Both the position numbers and the translations under genes were made by a program. Positions 58,369 to 64,000 of a stretch of 64,000 nt of DNA are shown piece by piece. The notes under the pieces are model-generated. The model saw nothing but the letters and a program-made list of their open reading frames with translations, had not been told where the DNA came from and did not search any database. Each line of letters starts with the position of its first letter. The first letter of the stretch is position 1. Origin of the DNA: Longimicrobiales bacterium (GTDB taxonomy: Bacteria; Gemmatimonadota; Gemmatimonadetes; Longimicrobiales; Gaopeijiaceae); contig CBDCNQ010000003.1 in NCBI GenBank assembly GCA_965219445.1, forward strand, positions 192,001-256,000, given 5' to 3'.

Positions 58369-59103
58369 ATGAACCATCGTGTGAAATCCGGAGCCCTGAC
58401 CCTTGGCCTGATCGCTCTGGCGGCTTGTAGCGACACGGTTGGGCCCGACCCAGTCGAGGACAGCTTGACCCTTGATGTCGCCATGATCGCTGCGGATGCC
58501 GCCATCGATGAGTTGGGCGATATGGGCCTGCTGTTCGGCGGCGGCGCCGTACTGGCGCCCAGCCAGGCGGCCACGCGGACCGTGACACACACCGCCACGT
58601 TCTTCGACGCGGACGGGAACGAGCAAGGGGCTCGGGATCCGCTTACGACGGCGTCGATTCACCTCGTCATCGAATCAAGCCACGAGTTCTCTCGCGACTC
58701 CTGGTCGGCAACGGGGACGCGTATGCGTGACCTCATGATCACCGGGCTCGAGGGCGGAGAGACGAGCCGGACCGTGAACGGAACCGGAAGCGGCAGCGTG
58801 ACCAGGAGCCAGCACACGGGCGAGGACGGCACGAGGACCTATGACATGTCTAGCACGTCGGTAATCGAGAACGTCGTCCACCCTGTGCCGCGGACGGACG
58901 ACGCATGGCCCCTGTCGGGCACGATAACGCGCAATGTGACGATCAATATCGTCAACGGACCCCAGGGGGATATCACGAAGAGCCGTACGGTCGTGATCAC
59001 CTTCAACGGTACGAACCTGGCCACCATGACCGTGGGTGATGAGACCTTCGAAATCGATTTGTCGACTCGGAGTGGCCGTCATCCCTTCCGAAAACGCGGT
59101 TAG
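58369..59103 (+). CDS. Hypothetical Thr-rich beta-sheet lipoprotein
   Basis: GAGGAG RBS; LAAC lipobox; WPLSGTI, VITFNG. Confidence 0.85.
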   Translation: MNHRVKSGALTLGLIALAACSDTVGPDPVEDSLTLDVAMIAADAAIDELGDMGLLFGGGAVLAPSQAATRTVTHTATFFDADGNEQGARDPLTTASIHLVIESSHEFSRDSWSATGTRMRDLMITGLEGGETSRTVNGTGSGSVTRSQHTGEDGTRTYDMSSTSVIENVVHPVPRTDDAWPLSGTITRNVTINIVNGPQGDITKSRTVVITFNGTNLATMTVGDETFEIDLSTRSGRHPFRKRG

Positions 59104-59126
59104 TCGGCGGTTCGGTCGCGTACCGT

Positions 59127-59159
59127 AAGCGGGAGGGGCCATCCCCTCCCGCTTTTTTT
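59127..59159 (+). terminator. Intrinsic terminator
   Basis: AAGCGGGAGGGG-ccat-CCCCTCCCGCTT followed by a T run. Confidence 0.92.
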
Positions 59160-59173
59160 CGGCTCAACTCCGG

Positions 59174-59566
59174 CTAGACGTCTGGTATGCAGGCCGGATC
59201 CACGAAAGAAACGAGCATTCCTTCCACGGCAATGATCTCAGGAGCGTCATTCTCGGCCGCCACAAGATCCCGGTCGTATACGAGTTCGCGGACCATGACG
59301 GCGTCCGCGCCTGACCCGGCGGCCTCCTGACCCACCTCGAGCCGAACACCTTGCAAAACAACTTCTCGAGGCGCCCCGTCGAGGTCGTCTCGCGCCGGAA
59401 AAGGCCCCGGGACCGTCAACTCGCCGACCACCTCGAACAGGCAGTCCACTCGCTCTCCAGGCAGGAAGACGGGAAGCATGGCACTGGTGCATGCCAAAGC
59501 CAATGGTGCACTCAGCACGGTCAAGATTTTCGCCGCCCTGGAGACCGCACTAGGGATCCGGAACAT
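59174..59566 (-). CDS. Hypothetical lipoprotein
   Basis: ALAC lipobox; C.FEVVG.L, AAGSGADAV. Confidence 0.7.
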   Translation of the reverse strand: MFRIPSAVSRAAKILTVLSAPLALACTSAMLPVFLPGERVDCLFEVVGELTVPGPFPARDDLDGAPREVVLQGVRLEVGQEAAGSGADAVMVRELVYDRDLVAAENDAPEIIAVEGMLVSFVDPACIPDV

Positions 59567-60222
59567 CGCCTCAGCGCCGCCTACGCTACCCGCCACGGAC
59601 CATGGCCTCCAGGGTCATGCGCGGACACACGTTCTGTCGGATATAACCCAGGAGGTTTTCAGCCAATCCCTGAAGGCGGCCCTCTACGCCGGGGTCGAGA
59701 CACTCTCCGTCCTCGTTGAACGCGCTTCTCACATGGGCTACCGAGACGGGTCCGGGAAGAACGATCGCACCGACGTGGGAGCATACACCCCTCAACTGCT
59801 CCAGGGCCTTGATGGCACCGATCGATCCGCCGGCCACACCGAGAAGCGCCACGGACTTGCCGGCAAGAGCCGAAGGGAAGCCCAGGTTCTCGATCATGAG
59901 CTTCATCACGCTGGAAAAGCTGCCGTGGTATTCAGGCGTCGCCAGGACTACTCCCGTCGCGTCACGTATCACGTCCTGAAGCTCCGAGACGGAATCAGAC
60001 GTGCTTTCCAGTCCCGGGAGCGGGAGATCGAGCTCTGAGGGATCCACTACATCGACGGCAACGTCAGGATCGGTGGAGAGCGACGCCACGACCACCTCGG
60101 CGGCCATGCGTGTATAGTTGGCCGGACGCACGCTCCCACAGAGTACGGCGATTCGTATACGGCCATTGTGGAGTTAGCCCCTGACGGTGGACACCTATTC
60201 TCTTTAGAGAGAGGAGTCCACG

Positions 60223-60537
60223 ATGCCAAGAACGAGACCGCCGTATTCGTTGGAGTTCCGCCAGCAGATGGTGGAGCTGGTCAAAGCAGGTCGCACGCCT
60301 GAGGAGCTGAGTCGGGAGTTTGAGCCCACAGCGCAGACGATCCACAATTGGGTGAAGCAGACGGACCTCGACACGGGAGTCAGAAGCGACGGCCTGACGT
60401 CGTCAGAGCGCGAGGAGCTCCGCGAGCTTCGGCGTGAGAACAAGCGGCTTCGTGTCGAGCGGGAGATCCTAAAAAAAGCCGCGGCCTGGTTCGCTCAGGA
60501 GTCCGACTCGGTGCCCCCGAAGCGTTCGAGTTCGTGA
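60223..60537 (+). CDS. IS3 transposase OrfA
   Basis: YSLEFR HTH region, TIHNWV, LRRENKRL..EREILKKAAAWF. Confidence 0.95.
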   Translation: MPRTRPPYSLEFRQQMVELVKAGRTPEELSREFEPTAQTIHNWVKQTDLDTGVRSDGLTSSEREELRELRRENKRLRVEREILKKAAAWFAQESDSVPPKRSSS

Positions 60538-61382
60538 GGGCCAACCAGGCCGAGTTCAGCGTGCAGATGATGTGCGAAGTCCTGAGCGTCTCGCCCAGCG
60601 GGTACTACGCATGGAGAAAGCGTCCTCCATCGCATCGCGCGGTCGAGAACGAGCGACTGCTAGGTCGGATGCGTGAGATCCACACGTTCAGCCGTGAGAC
60701 GTATGGCCAGCCACGGATGTACGCCGAGCTCAGGGACGACGGCTGGCAGGTCAACCACAAGCGGGTGCGTCGTCTGATGAGGCTGGCAGGACTACAAGGC
60801 GCTACGCGGCGAAGGAAGTGGCGCACGACGAAGCGAAACAGAGATGCTCGACCTGCCCCCGATCTCGTCGCGCGCGACTTCAGTGTGCACGGCCCGGACC
60901 AGCTCTGGGTTGCCGACATCACCTACGTGCCGACCTGGAGCGGCTTCTTGTACCTGTCAGTCGTCGTCGATGCGTGGAGCCGCCATGTGGTCGGATGGTC
61001 GATGAAGACGCATCTCAAGACCGATCTCGTGCTCGACGCGCTGAACATGGCGCTGCAGCAACGACGACCGAACGGTGTCATCCATCATAGCGATCAGGGT
61101 ACCCAGTACACCTCGATCGCCTTCGGCCTACGCTGCAAAGAGGCCAGCGTCCGACCCTCGATGGGCTCGGTCGGCGACGCGTACGATAACGCGATGTGCG
61201 AGAGCTTCTTCGCCACGCTCGAGACCGAACTCATCGAACGAAAGAGCTTCCGCAATCAGGCCGAGGCCAGGATGGCCGTGTTCGACTTCATCGAAGCCTG
61301 GTACAATCCCCACCGACGGCACTCTGCCCTCGGCCAATTGTCTCCTCTTAACTACGAAAAGGAACACGCCCCCGCCGCGTGA
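60534..61382 (+). CDS. IS3 transposase OrfB (DDE)
   Basis: SGYY.W, WVADITY, HSDQG.QY, DNA.CESFF, YN..RRHS. Confidence 0.95.
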   Translation: MRANQAEFSVQMMCEVLSVSPSGYYAWRKRPPSHRAVENERLLGRMREIHTFSRETYGQPRMYAELRDDGWQVNHKRVRRLMRLAGLQGATRRRKWRTTKRNRDARPAPDLVARDFSVHGPDQLWVADITYVPTWSGFLYLSVVVDAWSRHVVGWSMKTHLKTDLVLDALNMALQQRRPNGVIHHSDQGTQYTSIAFGLRCKEASVRPSMGSVGDAYDNAMCESFFATLETELIERKSFRNQAEARMAVFDFIEAWYNPHRRHSALGQLSPLNYEKEHAPAA

Positions 61383-61442
61383 ATCTCTAGTCCAAAACCG
61401 TCCACCGTGCGGGGCCAACTCCAGTTCGAAGTCATGAGCACC

Positions 61443-62002
61443 TCATGCCGGCCAAAGCCAGCCGAAGAGTCCAGCGGTAAGGAGGCCGTATACGAGAGCA
61501 TCCAGCAGCCCTTTGATGATTCCGGACCACGGTCGCCCAAACCAGATCGCATCCGGAACCGTGGCAGTGCCGTACGCGAGCCATGCCACTGTGCCAGTGA
61601 CCCTGAACACGGCAAGGTAATCCTCACCCGGATCGAGCGTACGACTTGCCATGTAGGCGACCACCGTACCGATGAAGAGATAGAAGACGAATGACATCAC
61701 CACTTTGCTCCCCATGGCCGGAACACCTCGGGGCAGGACCGTGAGAAAACCCACTGGACCCTCCTCGAATTTCCGAACTACCTCCGGATTCTGGAGATCG
61801 CCCTGAGCTGCGATGTGTGGAACGTTGTAAAGGCCGGGGGCGAGGCCTTGTGGCGTCAGCGCCTCGCGGGCTGCGTCCTCATCCGGGAGCTTCGCGTAGT
61901 CCGACTTATGGTGCGGCATGACCATCCAGTGAGGGCGCTCGCCGCCCACACCGAGATGGCGGAGAGCAGGATGGGGAGCCAGAGTGCACCGATGGTAACC
62001 AT
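61443..62002 (-). pseudogene. Membrane protein with a 1-bp frameshift at about 61929
   Basis: GGAGG then MVTIGALWLPILLSAISVWAASAL, then a 2-nt codon AC, then WMVMPHHKSD... in the next frame. Confidence 0.8.
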
Positions 62003-62242
62003 GGGTCCTCCCGCGTCGGGGTCAGGGGTGGAGCAGAAGTTGCATGATCCGCAACCGCGGCGCCACTCGGTGCACCCTTTACCAGCCGACTGGTGTCTGG
62101 TAGACTGGGTCGGTCAACAGAAATGCAGGGGACAGTGTCCCGATTAGTACATGGGTCCACAGAGATGCAGGAGCAGGAATTGTTCGGTAATCGGCAACAC
62201 ATCTCGCTTATCCGCTTGACGCAGGAATCCGCGAGGGGCGCT

Positions 62243-62632
62243 GTGCTCAATGCCTCAACTCTCGCGGTCTTCCTATTTGGCATGATCGGCCAGGGTTTCA
62301 GCCCCTGCCCGCACCACGCAGGTCTGGACCCGCGGGGACCTGTCCATGGCGCGGTGTCCACCGGGGCTACGCCCGGTGGGATGCACCACGGAGCGTCCAC
62401 ACCCGACGGCTCGGATTCCGAAGACCACGAACCGATTTGTTCCTGCCTAGAGGCGTGTGATACGGAATCTGGAGATTCCCTCTCATCCGGCCAGTTCCAT
62501 ACCCGACCCACGCTTCCCACCGCAGTTCACGTCGTAGAGAGGCCAGCCGAAAGCGTCCTCGACACCCGCCAAAACGCATACGTCGTTCCGCTTCCCCAAC
62601 CACCTCCCCATAGCTCCTTACAATCGAGCTAA
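62243..62632 (+). CDS. DUF2946-like Cys/His-rich exported leader protein
   Basis: Hydrophobic N-terminus, PCPHH, MHH, CSCLEAC, C-terminal PLPQPPP; GAGGGG before GTG. Confidence 0.65.
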   Translation: MLNASTLAVFLFGMIGQGFSPCPHHAGLDPRGPVHGAVSTGATPGGMHHGASTPDGSDSEDHEPICSCLEACDTESGDSLSSGQFHTRPTLPTAVHVVERPAESVLDTRQNAYVVPLPQPPPHSSLQSS

Positions 62633-62764
62633 ACGAACTTTAGCAAGTCCCAAATCTCAAGCCGGTAGGCCATTCGCGGTATCCGTGTACGCCAGTATCC
62701 CATCCGCGTACGCCCATCCGCCTGCGTGTAGAACCGGCAATGATTCATGACAACGGAGGACGGA

Positions 62765-63595
62765 ATGAAGTGCGGTAATCAAAAAAGGAATCTGAGAAGG
62801 AATCTGGGCTTGTGCGCCGTTGTGCTGAGCGCCTTCTATCTCCCCGTGTCGGCCTCGGGGCAGGGGGGCCCTCTAGAGGACGGACATCCGCACGGCCGCC
62901 ACTTTTCCCACCCCATATTCACCGAATCGGTGTCCCCCGATACGAAGGTGAGATTCGACTTCGGCCGCGAATGGGAAACCGACGGGACGGTCTCCGAACT
63001 GGAGGTAGAGGCCGAGTATGCGTTTCATCCCTCGTTCAGCGTCGAGATCGTCGGACCGTACGCCTTCGTCAGCCCCGATGTGGGGCCCGGTGAGAACGGA
63101 GGCGGGAACGTGGAACTGGCGCTCAAGTTCGCCAACTTCGCCTTCGCGCAGAGGGGGCTGCTATTGGGCTACGGCCTCGCACTCGGCATGCCGACCGGCG
63201 ATGAAACCAAGGGCATCGGCAGTGGGCATCTCTGGGAGATCGAGCCTTTCCTGAGCATGGGAATCGCCGCCGGTAACCTCGAGTTGGTAAATCTCACCCG
63301 CTTCGGCATCCCCACCAACCAGGACGTCGGCGAAGAGGTCGAGACCGAAATCCACTACGATTTCGCCGCTCTGTACCACTTTAACGCTCGTCTGCAGGGG
63401 CTTCTGGAACTGAACGGAGCGGTGGGCCTGAGCGGTGACGAAGCGGGTCAAGGGATCGTCAGCATCTCACCGGGGATCAAGTTTGCGCCCCTGGCCGTGA
63501 GAGCTCTATTCGTCGGCGTTGGCGGCAGCTTTCCTCTCGGAGATGAAGTACTGGACGCTCGGCTGAAGTTGTCATTTTTCTACCACCTCCCGTAG
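62765..63595 (+). CDS. Putative outer-membrane beta-barrel with His-rich N-terminus
   Basis: GGAGG RBS, signal peptide, HPHGRHFSHP, amphipathic strands, PTGD, aromatic-rich end FFYHLP. Confidence 0.7.
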   Translation: MKCGNQKRNLRRNLGLCAVVLSAFYLPVSASGQGGPLEDGHPHGRHFSHPIFTESVSPDTKVRFDFGREWETDGTVSELEVEAEYAFHPSFSVEIVGPYAFVSPDVGPGENGGGNVELALKFANFAFAQRGLLLGYGLALGMPTGDETKGIGSGHLWEIEPFLSMGIAAGNLELVNLTRFGIPTNQDVGEEVETEIHYDFAALYHFNARLQGLLELNGAVGLSGDEAGQGIVSISPGIKFAPLAVRALFVGVGGSFPLGDEVLDARLKLSFFYHLP

Positions 63596-63612
63596 GCCGG
63601 GCGAGAAGCCCA

Positions 63613-63649
63613 AAAGCGAAGGGCCGCTCCGACAAATCGGAGCGGCCCT
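63613..63649 (-). terminator. Hairpin terminator between convergent genes (possibly bidirectional)
   Basis: AGGGCCGCTCCGA-caaa-TCGGAGCGGCCCT, 13-bp stem; T run follows on the minus strand. Confidence 0.85.
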
Positions 63650-63677
63650 GCCTGATGCTTTTGGCTATCTGGACTGG

Positions 63678-63884
63678 CTAAAGTCGAACAACGTTCTCCG
63701 CAGCCGGACCCTTCTGCCCTTCCACGATCTCGAACTCCACCGCGTCACCCTCGTTCAGGGTCTTGAACCCCTCTGCTTGGATGGCGGAGTGATGGACAAA
63801 GCAATCCTTGCTGTTGTCCTCCGGCGTAATGAATCCGAAGCCCTTCTGATCGTTGAACCACTTCACAGTCCCTTTCGTACGCAT
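63678..63884 (-). CDS. cspA: Cold-shock protein
   Basis: [37 protein letters not shown]. Confidence 0.97.
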   Translation of the reverse strand: MRTKGTVKWFNDQKGFGFITPEDNSKDCFVHHSAIQAEGFKTLNEGDAVEFEIVEGQKGPAAENVVRL

Positions 63885-64000
63885 CTTCCAACTCCTTTGG
63901 TGGTCATTGTCGGAGTCCGGATGATCCGTACCGCCTGACCACATAGCACGCGTGGAACGTCCCCCGCGCTGGGTGCCACGACAAACGAGCCGTGGGAAGT

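Larger units (their letters stand above)
60169..61423 (+). mobile_element. IS3 family insertion sequence (1255 bp)
   Basis: TG...CA ends; 24-bp inverted repeats matching 21/24 (60169-60192, 61400-61423); orfA/orfB overlap; A7G slippery site at 60471-60478. Confidence 0.97.
59586..61435 (-). pseudogene. NADPH-dependent FMN reductase interrupted by IS3
   Basis: Body RIAVLCGSVR...TPEYHGSFS..K left of the IS; start ATG ACT TCG AAC (61435-61424) with GAGGTG RBS right of the IS. Confidence 0.88.

Overview
GC-rich bacterial chromosomal window of about 65 genes. Gene content (many lipoproteins, DUF5117/DUF4953-type zinc protease, leishmanolysin-like protease, PadR, eukaryote-like kinase) suggests Gemmatimonadota; this is an inference. 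Recognisable modules: HupE/UreJ + NHL propeller + endostatin-like lipoprotein; CcdA/TlpA; a Tat-exported xanthine-dehydrogenase-family molybdoenzyme operon with a cytochrome b subunit; sixA-ppk1-CHAD polyphosphate cluster; pdxH; fatty acid desaturase; mhqO/mhqD-like pair; arcA-arcB-arcC without arcD but with a nearby NhaC transporter; FG-GAP lipoprotein; a trypsin-like protease followed by a free copy of its own prodomain; an intact IS3 element inserted in an FMN reductase; a DUF2946-like Cys/His leader ahead of a His-rich beta-barrel; cspA. The window also carries several lesions: a back-to-back junction of two truncated genes at about 72, a collapsed spermidine-synthase-like gene at about 32230, an internally deleted VOC gene and two probable frameshifts. 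No rRNA, tRNA or CRISPR array was seen. Family calls are from motif recognition only; no searches were run.
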